From Gammaproteobacteria bacterium (GTDB taxonomy: Bacteria; Pseudomonadota; Gammaproteobacteria; Steroidobacterales; Rariloculaceae), in contig OY761822.1 in assembly GCA_963664945.1 (NCBI GenBank), positions 1,135,987 to 1,199,986 of the forward strand: DNA of 64,000 nucleotides, in the 5' to 3' direction. Each line of letters opens with the position of its first letter. Position 1 is the stretch's first letter. The translations under genes were made by a program, and so were the position numbers. The notes below the pieces were generated by a model. That model had not been told where the DNA came from, made no database searches, and was given only the letters and a program-made list of their open reading frames with translations. Positions 42,166 through 51,075 of this stretch are shown here, in pieces.

Positions 42166-42202
42166 AGGCTTCAGGGGAATTCCCCGCTCTGGAATCGGCG
42201 AG

Positions 42203-42652
42203 TCAGCGCTTCTTTCCCGTGATGCAGTTGATCCAGCCCGAGTCGCCGTCGGCGTAGTGCTCCTTCTTCCAGATGGGCAGGCGGCTCTTGAGCTCATCGA
42301 TCACGTAGCGGCAACCGTCGAACGCGGCGCCCCTGTGCGCGGCGCTGACCCCCACCCACACGGCGCAGTCGCCAATCTGCAGGTGACCCACGCGGTGGGC
42401 GGCGGCGACCTTCAGCAGATTGAACCGCTCCAGCGCTTCGGCCAGTACGCGTTCGCCTTCCGATACGGCGATGGGGCCGTAGGCTTCATACTCCAGTGAT
42501 TCAACCGCTCGCCCCTCGTTGTGATTGCGCACCCAGCCCTGGAACGCTGCGAACGCCCCGGCGCGGTCGTTCTCCAAGTCGCGTTTCAGGGCATCGACGT
42601 CGATGCCCTGGTCGGTGATCTCAAAGTCGGCATTGTCGGCGAACATATCCAT
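42203..42652 (-). CDS. moaE: Molybdopterin synthase catalytic subunit
   Basis: ..AFAAFQGWVRNHNEGRAVESLEYEAYGPIA..IGDCAVWVGVSAAHRGAAF..LKSRLPIWKKEHY; 149 aa. Confidence 0.9.
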   Translation of the reverse strand: MDMFADNADFEITDQGIDVDALKRDLENDRAGAFAAFQGWVRNHNEGRAVESLEYEAYGPIAVSEGERVLAEALERFNLLKVAAAHRVGHLQIGDCAVWVGVSAAHRGAAFDGCRYVIDELKSRLPIWKKEHYADGDSGWINCITGKKR

Positions 42653-42697
42653 CTCTTTCTCTAGCAGCCATCGCCCCGGCGAGCGGAGCGAAAACTG

Positions 42698-42940
42698 CTA
42701 GCCCCCGGCCACGGGCGGGAAGAACAGCACCACGTCGCCTTCGGACAAGGCCCGGTCCCAACCGGCGAGTTCGTCGTTGATCGCCACCTTGCAATGGGCG
42801 ATGGGGTCCTCAAGGCCGTGCCGGTCGGCAACCTCCGCGAAAAGTTCCGCCGCGGTAGTGGCCCGTGTCGTCAGCGACTCGGCGGCCGTCCCCGCCTGCT
42901 CGCGAAAAACCGCGAAGTAACGCGCCGTGACATCGATCAT
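42698..42940 (-). CDS. moaD: Molybdopterin synthase sulfur-carrier subunit
   Basis: MIDVTARYFAVFREQAG...GDVVLFFPPVAGG* (C-terminal GG). Start uncertain (42940, 42958 or 42997). Confidence 0.85.
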   Translation of the reverse strand: MIDVTARYFAVFREQAGTAAESLTTRATTAAELFAEVADRHGLEDPIAHCKVAINDELAGWDRALSEGDVVLFFPPVAGG

Positions 42941-42983
42941 CGGGCCGTGATTCGCCATCGCGTCGCCACTCGGCAAAAGGCCA

Positions 42984-43454
42984 TCATTCATCGGCATTGA
43001 AATCGGACTTGCCGCCCGACTTTGCCACCAGCCTGACGTCCCGGATGCGGATGCCGTGAGACAGCGACTTGCACATGTCGTAGACGGTCAATGCCGCTGC
43101 GGCAGCGCCGGTCAGGGCTTCCATCTCCACGCCGGTCTTGTGGGTGGCGCGCACCGAACAGTCGATGACCAACTCACCTGATTCGTTCCAGTCCACCTCG
43201 ATCGAGCAGTCCTCCAGCGGTATCGGGTGGCAGAACGGGATCAGGTGGTGGGTCTGCTTCGCCGCCAGCACGCCGGCCACGATCGCGGTGTCGACGACCG
43301 GCCCCTTCTTCGTCTGCAACGGATCGCCATCGCCGCCCGACACGTCCCGGGGGAAGGTCACCACCGCGCGGGCACGGGCGATTCGCGTGGTCACTGCCTT
43401 GTCGCCCACATCGACCATGGAGGGGCGGTTGCCCGGTCCTACGTGGGTCAGCAT
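42984..43454 (-). CDS. moaC: Cyclic pyranopterin monophosphate synthase
   Basis: MLTHVGPGNRPSMVDVGDKAVTTRIARA...IPFCHPIPL..KTGVEMEALTGAAAAALTVYDMCK; 156 aa. Confidence 0.92.
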   Translation of the reverse strand: MLTHVGPGNRPSMVDVGDKAVTTRIARARAVVTFPRDVSGGDGDPLQTKKGPVVDTAIVAGVLAAKQTHHLIPFCHPIPLEDCSIEVDWNESGELVIDCSVRATHKTGVEMEALTGAAAAALTVYDMCKSLSHGIRIRDVRLVAKSGGKSDFNADE

Positions 43455-44507
43455 TCAGCCGCCCATCCGGTACATTTCGACCCGGGCTTCCCCGGGCTGG
43501 CCCTCGCGGCCCCGGCGCTCGCTGTATCGGTCCGTGCGTCCGCGCCAGACGCTCTGCAGAAGCCCGATCAGGTCGGCGTCGCTGGCGCCGGCGCGCAGCG
43601 CTTCCCGCAGGGAGGCGCCGAGCTTTGCGAACAGGCAGGTATAGACCGTTCCATCCGCCGAAAGCCGGGCGCGGTGGCAATCGCCGCAGAACGGTTCGCT
43701 GACCGATGAAATGAAGCCGACCTCCCCCTGTCCATCCTCGAACGCATAACGCCGTGCAACTTCCCCGCGATAGTTCGGTTTCACCGGCGCCAGCGGCCAG
43801 CGCCCCGAAATGCGTTCCAGGAGCGTCTTCGACGTGACCACCTCGTCCATGCGCCAGCCGTTCAGGGTGCCCACGTCCATGTATTCGATGAAACGCACGA
43901 TGATGCCGGTGCCGCGAAAATGCTCCAGCAGGTCCAGCGCCGTGTGTTCGTTCCTGCCCTTCTGGATGACGACGTTCAGCTTGATGGGGGCAAGACCCGC
44001 CCCCTGCGCCGCGTCGATTCCTTCCAGCACCTGCACGACGCCGCCCCGGTCGCCGTTCATCGTCCTGAACACGCCTTCGTCCAGGCTGTCCAGACTCACG
44101 GTGATGCGCTTCAGGCCGGCTTCCCGCAACGCCTGGGCATGCGCCCTCAGTCGCGAGCCGTTGGTGGTCAGCGCCAGGTCCGTGAGGCCGGGAAGGCTGC
44201 TCAGGCCGCTGACGATCTCGATCGCGTCCCGGCGCAGCAGCGGTTCGCCACCGGTAAGTCGAATCTTGGTGACACCGAGTTGCATGAACAGCCCGGCGAC
44301 CCGCTTGATTTCGCCGGGTGTAAGCCAATGCCGGCGGGGCAGGAACTCGTAGCCTTCCCCGTAGACATCCGCGGGCATGCAGTACGGGCAGCGGTAGTTG
44401 CAGCGGTCGATCACCGAGATGCGCAGGTCGCGCAGGGGCCGGCCCCAAGTGTCCGCCACCCGGCCTGACGATTGCCACTGCGCTACCTTGCCGCTCATGG
44501 GGAGCAT
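43455..44507 (-). CDS. moaA: GTP 3',8-cyclase (radical SAM)
   Basis: LRISVIDRCNYRCPYCMP (CxxxCxxC) ..LTGGEPLLR.. and the C-terminal second cluster CGDCHRARLSADG; 350 aa. Confidence 0.92.
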   Translation of the reverse strand: MLPMSGKVAQWQSSGRVADTWGRPLRDLRISVIDRCNYRCPYCMPADVYGEGYEFLPRRHWLTPGEIKRVAGLFMQLGVTKIRLTGGEPLLRRDAIEIVSGLSSLPGLTDLALTTNGSRLRAHAQALREAGLKRITVSLDSLDEGVFRTMNGDRGGVVQVLEGIDAAQGAGLAPIKLNVVIQKGRNEHTALDLLEHFRGTGIIVRFIEYMDVGTLNGWRMDEVVTSKTLLERISGRWPLAPVKPNYRGEVARRYAFEDGQGEVGFISSVSEPFCGDCHRARLSADGTVYTCLFAKLGASLREALRAGASDADLIGLLQSVWRGRTDRYSERRGREGQPGEARVEMYRMGG

Positions 44508-44705
44508 TTTAGCGCAATCCCCCTTCCTGGAAGGGCGCTAGTGTCGAGTCAAGACTATGAGGGGGCGTGAGAGTCGCGGTGAAAACCGGTGGAGTGTTGA
44601 GTTTCCTGGCGGATCGGCGTGTTTTGGATCGGGACCCTGTGCATCCATTCCGATAACGTGCATGGGCAACACTATCGGAGGGCGCGCCTACGGTTTGCTC
44701 CGGCG
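44508..44705 (-). promoter_or_regulatory. moaA 5' leader with a probable Moco (molybdenum cofactor) riboswitch
   Basis: Minus strand reads ..ccggagcaaaccguaggcgcgcCCUCCGAUAguguugcccaugcacguUAUCGGAAUGGaugcacaggguCCCGauccaaaacacgccgauCCGCCAGGAAACucaacaCUCCaCCGG.. It recalls the conserved CUCCGAG / AAAGG / CCGCCUGGAAA blocks of the Moco RNA motif. It is followed by the hairpin cccuucc-agg-aaggggg, which sequesters the SD before ATG 44507. Confidence 0.5.
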
Positions 44706-44766
44706 CAATAGGCGCGCACCCGCTTGTTGTTTTGTTACCTGAGTAGTGATAGGTTACAGCTAAAGC

Positions 44767-45045
44767 ATGATTGTTGGGTTTCGTCACCGGGGTCTCCGGC
44801 GATTGTTCGAGAACGGAGATCGCAGGCGGATTTCTCCACAGATCATTGCCAAGGTTGAGCGGGTTCTCGCTCGTCTCGATGTAGCCGCCGGGCCTTCAGA
44901 CATGAACCTTCCGGGCTTTGGACTCCACCCATTGAAAGGGGATCTGGCTGGACATTGGTCAGTAACGGTATCCGGCAACTGGCGTATCGTGTTTCGCTTC
45001 GACGGACCCGACGTCAGGGACGTGGAATTGATTGACTATCACTAG
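44767..45045 (+). CDS. higB: Type II toxin HigB (plasmid-maintenance-system-killer family)
   Basis: MIVGFRHRGLRRLFENGDRRRISPQIIAKVERVLARLD..LPGFGLHPLKGDLAGHWSVTVSGNWRIVFRFDGPDVRDVELIDYH; 92 aa. Confidence 0.9.
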   Translation: MIVGFRHRGLRRLFENGDRRRISPQIIAKVERVLARLDVAAGPSDMNLPGFGLHPLKGDLAGHWSVTVSGNWRIVFRFDGPDVRDVELIDYH

Positions 45046-45057
45046 GAGGAACCAGTT

Positions 45058-45348
45058 GTGTCCATGAAGAATCTGCCTCATCCGGGTCTTTCGGTTCGCC
45101 ACGACTGTCTTGAGCCCCTGGGACTCAGCGTGTCCGAGGCGGCGCGCAAGCTCGGGGTCAGCCGCAAGCAGCTTTCGGACATTGTCAATTGCCGTGCGGG
45201 AATCTCTCCGGAGATGGCCATCCGTCTGGACATGGCGTTCGGGGGTGGCGCAGAAACCTGGTACCGGCTTCAATCGGCCTATGCGCTGGCTCAGGCAATG
45301 AAGCGGGCCGACCGGATCAGCGTCGAGCGGGTGTCGCCAGTGACATGA
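45058..45348 (+). CDS. higA: Type II antitoxin HigA (XRE HTH)
   Basis: ..[68 protein letters not shown]; GTG start. Confidence 0.9.
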   Translation: MSMKNLPHPGLSVRHDCLEPLGLSVSEAARKLGVSRKQLSDIVNCRAGISPEMAIRLDMAFGGGAETWYRLQSAYALAQAMKRADRISVERVSPVT

Positions 45349-45355
45349 CTGGTGC

Positions 45356-46480
45356 CTAGCGGGCATGCTCCGGCGTGTAGCCATCCCGCACGCCGTCGGC
45401 GGACAACACGAGCTGCCAGAGCTGATTTCCCCGGGCCCGGAACCCGCCTGCGGAGATGAGCAGGTAGTAGGTCCACATGCGGTAGAAGCGCTCGTCGTAG
45501 TTGGCCTTGAGTTCGTCCCAGGCCGATACGAAGTTGTCGTGCCAGCACATCAGAGTGCGGTCATAGTCCTGGGGAAAGTTGTGCCAGTCCTCCAGCAGCA
45601 GGATGTCCTCCGCGGCAGCGGTGACCTGTTTCGCCGACGGCAGCTGGCCGTTCGGGAAGATGTACTTGTGGATCCAGGCGTCGGTCTTGGGGAGGCTGCG
45701 TACGCTGCCGATGGTGTGCAGCAGAAACAAGGCGTCCGGCTTGAGACACCGGCGCACGACTTCCATGTACGCGCGGTAATTCTTGTAGCCGACGTGTTCG
45801 AACATGCCGATGGAGTAGATCCGGTCGAATCGCTCATCGAGTTCGCGGTAGTCCCGCAGGCGGATCTCGATGGGCAGGCCCGCGCAACGGGCCTGCGCCG
45901 TCTCGCACTGGTCGCGGGAGACAGTGATTCCCACGCCGCCGACGCCGTACTTCCCGGCGAAATAGTGCAGCGCACCTCCCCAGCCGCAGCCGATATCCAG
46001 CACCTTCATCCCCGGCTCGAACTGCAGCTTGCGCGCGATCAGGTCGAGTTTGTGTTCCTGGGCCTCGTCCAGGGTTTCGGCGCGCCGCCAATAGCCGCAA
46101 CTGTAGATCATGCGCTTGTCGAGCATCGCCCGGAACAGGTCGTTACCCAGATCGTAGTGGCGCTCGGCGACCTGGAAGGCGCGCCTGCGTCGCTGGAGGT
46201 TCATGAGCCGCGCCTGCAGCGTGAATAGAAGGTCGCGGACCGGCCGAACGCGCCGATGAAACCCGGCGCGATAGGCACGGCAGATCATTTCGGGGAGCTG
46301 TTCGCAGTCCCACCAACCGTCCATGTAGCTTTCGCCGATGCCTAGCTGGCCCTGGGCGAATATCCGGGAATAGAGCCCTTCGTTGTGGACCTGTACGTCC
46401 CATGGGCGGTCGCCGTTGATCCGAATATCGGCGACAGCCAACAGCGCTTCCAGTCGTTTTCGATACCGCCGCGAACTCAC
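45356..46480 (-). CDS. cfa: Cyclopropane-fatty-acyl-phospholipid synthase
   Basis: ..HYDLGNDLFRAMLDKRMIYSCGYW..MKVLDIGCGWGG (SAM motif I)..; 374 aa. Confidence 0.9.
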   Translation of the reverse strand: MSSRRYRKRLEALLAVADIRINGDRPWDVQVHNEGLYSRIFAQGQLGIGESYMDGWWDCEQLPEMICRAYRAGFHRRVRPVRDLLFTLQARLMNLQRRRRAFQVAERHYDLGNDLFRAMLDKRMIYSCGYWRRAETLDEAQEHKLDLIARKLQFEPGMKVLDIGCGWGGALHYFAGKYGVGGVGITVSRDQCETAQARCAGLPIEIRLRDYRELDERFDRIYSIGMFEHVGYKNYRAYMEVVRRCLKPDALFLLHTIGSVRSLPKTDAWIHKYIFPNGQLPSAKQVTAAAEDILLLEDWHNFPQDYDRTLMCWHDNFVSAWDELKANYDERFYRMWTYYLLISAGGFRARGNQLWQLVLSADGVRDGYTPEHAR

Positions 46481-46793
46481 GTCAGGGTCGTTTCATTGTG
46501 GCCGCCGGAATCTTATCAGACCAGAAGGCAATCCGGCGACGGTGGGCGGTCCGCCCCAGCAATTCCCGCTAACGACGCTCGCTCATCCATCTTGGCCCGA
46601 ATAAACGGCGAAATTCGCCATTGGGGCGTGATCCTGGAGGCGATTGTCGGGTCTCTCGGCGCCTGGCGGGAATTGCTGGGTCCGCCCAACCAACCGCACC
46701 CGCCCGGCAGCGCGGACCGGAGCCGGCCTGCGCGCCGCATCGGTCGATCTGCGTTTAAGACGAGGCGGTCTTTCGCCCGAAGCCGCGGGACGC

Positions 46794-48503
46794 CTACCGC
46801 CGGCTTCCGGACGCGGCGGCTTCCCGCAGGGCCTGCCGCTCGATCTTCGCCCAGGAATCGCTCATCGCGATGGTGCGCAGAAAGACCGCTCGCCCGGCCG
46901 CGTGAAGGACCGGGTCCAGCGTGAAATAACCCAGCCGTTCGAACTGGAAGCGCTCCTCTGGCGTTGCATCGGCCAGGCCGGGTTCGAGCGCTGCTTCGAG
47001 CACTTCCAGCGAGTTGGCGTTGAGGAATCGCAGGAAGTCGCCGGGTCCCTGATCCGGGTTGGGCGCCGTGAACAGGCGATCGTACAGCCGCACTTCCCGG
47101 CGCAGCGCGTGCCGGGCCGAGACCCAGTGGATCGTTCCCCTGACCTTGCGCTGTGCCCGCTCCATGCCGCTTCGGGTGAGCGGATCGTAGCTGCAGCGCA
47201 ATTCAACGACCTCCCCCGACGCATCCTTGATGACGTCCTCGCACTTGACGATGTAGGCGTAGCGCAGCCGCACTTCGCCGCCGGGCCGCAGGCGGCGGAA
47301 TTTTCGCGGCGGGTCTTCCATGAAGTCGTCGCGCTCGATAAAGATTTCCCGCGAAAGCGGCACTTGCCGGCTGCCCATTTCAGGGTTGTTGGGATGGTTC
47401 GCCGCGGTCAGCCATTCCTCGCCGTCATCCGGGTAGTTCTCGATGACCACCTTCAGCGGCCGCAGCACGCCGAAGCGCCGTGGGGCCGATTCATTGAGAT
47501 TCTCCCGTACGCAGGTTTCCAGCGCGCCCAACTCGATCAGGTTGTCCTTCCTGGTCACGCCGATCCTGCCGATGAACTTGCGGATAGCCGCGGCGGGATA
47601 GCCGCGCCGGCGCATGCCCGATAACGTCGGCATCCGCGGATCGTCCCAGCCCTCCACATGCCCGTCGGCCACCAGCCGGGCGAGCTTGCGCTTGCTCATG
47701 ATCGTGAACATCAGGTTGAAGCGCGAGAATTCCGTCTGCTTGGGGCGATTGCGCACCGGCAGGTTGTCCAGGAACCACTCGTAAAGCGGCCGGTGGTCCT
47801 CGAATTCCAGGGTGCAGAAGGAGTGCGTCGTGCCTTCCAGTTCATCCGACAGGGTATGGGCGAAGTCGTACATCGGGTAGATGCACCAGGCGTCCCCGGT
47901 GCGCTGGTGGGCGACCTTGCGAATGCGGTACAGGGTCGGGTCCCGCAGGTTCATGTTCGGCGACGCCATGTCGATCCTGGCGCGCAGCACATGCTCGCCC
48001 TCCTCGAATTCGCCGCGCCGCATGGCGGAGAACAGCTCGAGGTTCTCGGCGATGGACCGGTCCCGATACGGGCTCTCCCGGCCCGGCTCGGAGTACGTGC
48101 CCCGAAAGGCCCTGATTTCCTCCGCGCTCAGGCTGTCGACATAGGCCTTGCCCGTCCCGATCAGATGCACGGCGTAGTCATAAAGTTGCTCGAAGTAATC
48201 GGAGGCATGCGCCAAACGGTCCCCCCAGTCAAAACCGAGCCAGCGGACATCCTCCTTGATCGCCTCCACGTACCGGAGTTCTTCCTTCTCCGGATTGGTG
48301 TCGTCGAAGCGCAGGAAGCAGGCGCCGCCGAACTCTTCGGCGATGCCGAAGTCCAGGCAGATGGCCTTGGCGTGCCCGATGTGAAGAAAGCCGTTGGGCT
48401 CGGGGGGGAAGCGGGTCTGCACGCGTCCGCCGTGCTTTCCGGCCGCCACATCGGCGGTGACGAGCTGGCGCAGGAAGTCCTGCGGTCTGTTTTCGGTCTC
48501 CAT
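46794..48503 (-). CDS. glnS: Glutamine--tRNA ligase
   Basis: ..VQTRFPPEPNGFLHIGHAKAICLDFG (HIGH) ..LMFTIMSKRKL (KMSKS-like); 569 aa. Confidence 0.95.
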   Translation of the reverse strand: METENRPQDFLRQLVTADVAAGKHGGRVQTRFPPEPNGFLHIGHAKAICLDFGIAEEFGGACFLRFDDTNPEKEELRYVEAIKEDVRWLGFDWGDRLAHASDYFEQLYDYAVHLIGTGKAYVDSLSAEEIRAFRGTYSEPGRESPYRDRSIAENLELFSAMRRGEFEEGEHVLRARIDMASPNMNLRDPTLYRIRKVAHQRTGDAWCIYPMYDFAHTLSDELEGTTHSFCTLEFEDHRPLYEWFLDNLPVRNRPKQTEFSRFNLMFTIMSKRKLARLVADGHVEGWDDPRMPTLSGMRRRGYPAAAIRKFIGRIGVTRKDNLIELGALETCVRENLNESAPRRFGVLRPLKVVIENYPDDGEEWLTAANHPNNPEMGSRQVPLSREIFIERDDFMEDPPRKFRRLRPGGEVRLRYAYIVKCEDVIKDASGEVVELRCSYDPLTRSGMERAQRKVRGTIHWVSARHALRREVRLYDRLFTAPNPDQGPGDFLRFLNANSLEVLEAALEPGLADATPEERFQFERLGYFTLDPVLHAAGRAVFLRTIAMSDSWAKIERQALREAAASGSRR

Positions 48504-48576
48504 GGGCGCAATTGTCGTTCAAGCGGGCCATCCTGCACAATCGGGCAAGCACGGCAGCAGCCGGCCAGGATGCATC

Positions 48577-48645
48577 GCCGGTCGATCAGCCGTATTCGGC
48601 GGGGCGGTCTTCCGCCCAATCCGCGGGACTTTTGCCGCGGGCTGC
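48577..48645 (+). repeat. Copy 2 of the ~70-nt repeated leader element (partner at 14430..14499), here with ATG degraded to ATC
   Basis: gccggtcgatcagccgtattcggcggggcggtcttccgcccaATCcgcgggacttttgccgcgggctgc, in the glnS / TRAP-SBP divergent intergenic region. Confidence 0.7.
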
Positions 48646-48659
48646 CTGGGAGTGGCAGA

Positions 48660-49730
48660 ATGAACCTCATGCGCAGGCGTCATTTTCTTGTCGGCGGGGT
48701 GGGTGCGCTCGCCGCGTGCGCCGAAACCCAACAAACCGCCGCCCCGGTGGCCACCGGGGAACAGCACCTGTGGCGCATGGTGACCTCCTGGCCGCCGAAC
48801 TTTCCCGGCCACGGAGTGTCGGCCAATCGTTTGGCCGGCCGGTTGGAGGAGCTGTCCGGCGGCCGGCTCCAGGTGGAGGTGTTCGCCGCGGGCGAGCTGG
48901 TGCCCGCCTTCGAGGTGCTCGACGCCGTTTCCCGCGGAACCGTGCAACTGGGCCACTCCGCGCCCATTTACTGGCGCGGCAGCATCCCGGCGGCGCAGCT
49001 TTTCGGCAGCGTGCCGTTCGGCATGCTGGCCGATCAGTTCAACGCCTGGTTGTATTTCGGCGGTGGGCTTGAACTATGGCGTGAAGCCTACGCGGGCCAT
49101 GGCGTGATTCCGTTTCCCGCAGGAAATACCGGCGCGCAGATGGGCGGCTGGTTCAACCGCGAGATCAACTCGCTGGCCGACCTCAATGGGCTGAAAATGC
49201 GCATTCCGGGCCTGGGCGGCGAAGTCATGCAGCGTGCCGGCGCACTGCCGGTGAATTTGCCCGGCTCGGAAATCTTTACCGCGTTGCAGACCGGCGCCAT
49301 CGACGCCACGGAGTGGGTTGGACCCTACAACGACACCGCTTTCGGCCTGCACCAGGCGGCGCAGTACTACTACCATCCGGGCTGGCAGGAGCCGTCGGGC
49401 GCGCTGGAGTGCTTTGTCTCGGCGCCGGCTTACGAATCGCTCTCCGATGAACTGAAGGGTATTCTGGAAATCGCCTGCATGGCGGAGAACGACTACCTGC
49501 TGGCGGAGTTCAATACCCGCAATCACACCTCGCTGAAGACCCTGGTCGAGGAGCACGGGGTGGAACTGCGCCGGTTCCCGGATGACGTGCTCGAGGCGCT
49601 GCGCGGCTACAGTCTTGAGGTCGTGGGGGAACTGGCCGCCACGGACCCCATGAGCGGGCGGGTCTACGAGTCCTACCGGGCGTTCGCCGATGAAGTCAGC
49701 GCCTGGCTGAGGATTTCCGAGGGTAGCTGA
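48660..49730 (+). CDS. TRAP-transporter DctP-type periplasmic substrate-binding protein (orphan, Tat signal)
   Basis: MNLMRRRHFLVGGVGALAACA.. then ..WRMVTSWPPNFPGHGVSANRLAGRLEELSGGRLQVEVFAAGELVPAFEVLDAVSRGTVQLGH... No dctQM follows. The 5' 1 kb of track ORF 47658..49730 is glnS antisense. Confidence 0.8.
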   Translation: MNLMRRRHFLVGGVGALAACAETQQTAAPVATGEQHLWRMVTSWPPNFPGHGVSANRLAGRLEELSGGRLQVEVFAAGELVPAFEVLDAVSRGTVQLGHSAPIYWRGSIPAAQLFGSVPFGMLADQFNAWLYFGGGLELWREAYAGHGVIPFPAGNTGAQMGGWFNREINSLADLNGLKMRIPGLGGEVMQRAGALPVNLPGSEIFTALQTGAIDATEWVGPYNDTAFGLHQAAQYYYHPGWQEPSGALECFVSAPAYESLSDELKGILEIACMAENDYLLAEFNTRNHTSLKTLVEEHGVELRRFPDDVLEALRGYSLEVVGELAATDPMSGRVYESYRAFADEVSAWLRISEGS

Positions 49731-49876
49731 CCGAGGGCCCTGGCGTTCTATCCGACCGATCCGAATGTATCGATTGGATGGAGCACTGGTTCCCGGCGTG
49801 GGCGCCGGCTGCGGCGGCTGGCGCGCCTCCGGCGCCGTGAGGAAATTGCGCAGCCAGACGAGCGAAACCACGCCGG

Positions 49877-50431
49877 TCAGAAGCGCTGTTCCAGGCTGTA
49901 AACGAAGCTGCGGCACGCCGGCCGTGCCGGACCGTCCGGATCGTCGGACCAACCCTGGTACTGGGACTGCATCAGCGCATTCAGGCTGGGATCGCGGAAA
50001 ATTTCATCGGAAAGCTCGACGAACTCCGGGTCGCGGACGAACCCCTGCGGGTTGACCTGGAAACAGATGACCACGCGGCCCTCCCTGGCTTCGCGAATCG
50101 CCTGGCGCGGGTAGGTGGGGCTGGCCGTGATCTCCTGGAGGAGCGGTTCGGTCATGGCCGTGGGTTCTCCGGTCGGACGGGTGTAGATGGCCGAAGCCGT
50201 GGCCGGGTCGGCTTCGGAACACCACCAGCCCCCAAGGACCTCTTCGGTCCGCCATTCCCCGCCGAGGGTCGAGCGATTCAGGCCGGCGGAAAATTCCCGC
50301 TCGGTCCTGGAATCCGCGAACGTGAGCAAATCGTCGTCCAGTTGCCAGCGGGACAACGGAAACCACGGCCGCCGCACGTCCTCGCTGGGAATGGCCATGC
50401 GCGTGGCGCCGTCGGCGCCGAAATTGAGCAC
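49877..50431 (-). CDS. TonB-C-terminal-domain-like protein; N-terminus unresolved
   Basis: C-terminal ..SPTYPRQAIREAREGRVVICFQVNPQGFVRDPEFVE.. is a TonB_C-like fold motif. The frame stays open upstream to 50593 and encodes a signal-like ..ATARFIPACVLVCLAPWIAGQAQQ, but with no ATG/GTG/TTG. Confidence 0.55.
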   Translation of the reverse strand: MLNFGADGATRMAIPSEDVRRPWFPLSRWQLDDDLLTFADSRTEREFSAGLNRSTLGGEWRTEEVLGGWWCSEADPATASAIYTRPTGEPTAMTEPLLQEITASPTYPRQAIREAREGRVVICFQVNPQGFVRDPEFVELSDEIFRDPSLNALMQSQYQGWSDDPDGPARPACRSFVYSLEQRF

Positions 50432-50589
50432 GACCCGTTCGTCGCCCGTCCGCGGGTCACCGTAGAGGATGCAATTCCATACACCCCGATGATCGACGGG
50501 TTCGGGATCCTCAGGTTGCTGGGCCTGGCCAGCGATCCAGGGCGCCAGGCAGACGAGTACGCAAGCAGGGATGAATCGCGCGGTTGCAA

Positions 50590-51075
50590 CTATTGATGGT
50601 CCTCCACAATGACTCGCGGAATCAGGCCGCGTTCGTTGATCATACCCCTGAGCTGCAACACTTGTCTGGCGTTGGGATTGATCGCCGCTGCGGCGTCAAG
50701 GTCGAACGTCGCCTCCGACAACAGTCCCAACAGGTAATATGCGTAGGAGCGGTTGCTGTAGGCGCGCCAATTCCGGCCCTCCAGCCGCAACGACTCCGTG
50801 CAGTGATCGATGGCGATGTCCGGCTCCCCGCTGGCCGCGAATGCGGCGCAAAGATTGGACTCCGCGGCGGCCCGGTCGGCCGGGCTGGGTTGATAGCGCG
50901 TCAGCCCGAGTCGGGTGAGCCGGATGCCCTCGTCATATTGGCCCATCCTGATCGAAAAGGCGCCCGCGGAAAGGAACTCGTTGCCGGAGCCGATTATCGT
51001 GCGGTTGTCCGCCTGCCCCCATAGCCCGGTGGAGGCCAGCGAGGCGGCTACACCGAAAAGAATTAGGCGGCCCAT
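50590..51075 (-). CDS. Secreted tetratricopeptide-repeat protein
   Basis: MGRLILFGVAASLASTGLWGQA signal followed by TPR-like helices (..YDEGIRLTRLGL.., ..NLCAAFAASGEPDIAIDHCTESLRL.., ..AYSNRSYAYYLLG..). Confidence 0.7.
   Translation of the reverse strand: MGRLILFGVAASLASTGLWGQADNRTIIGSGNEFLSAGAFSIRMGQYDEGIRLTRLGLTRYQPSPADRAAAESNLCAAFAASGEPDIAIDHCTESLRLEGRNWRAYSNRSYAYYLLGLLSEATFDLDAAAAINPNARQVLQLRGMINERGLIPRVIVEDHQ

Noticed and set aside
47658-48659. 5' 1 kb of the 690-aa plus-strand ORF 47658..49730
   Set aside because: Antisense of glnS. The real gene begins at the Tat-signal start MNLMRRRHFLVGG (48660).
50278-50589. 103-aa TTG-initiated minus-strand ORF overlapping the TonB-C-like gene upstream region
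   Set aside because: Its composition is S/R/P-rich and unlike a protein. The alternative frame gives a coherent signal peptide plus mature sequence continuous with the TonB-C-like ORF.
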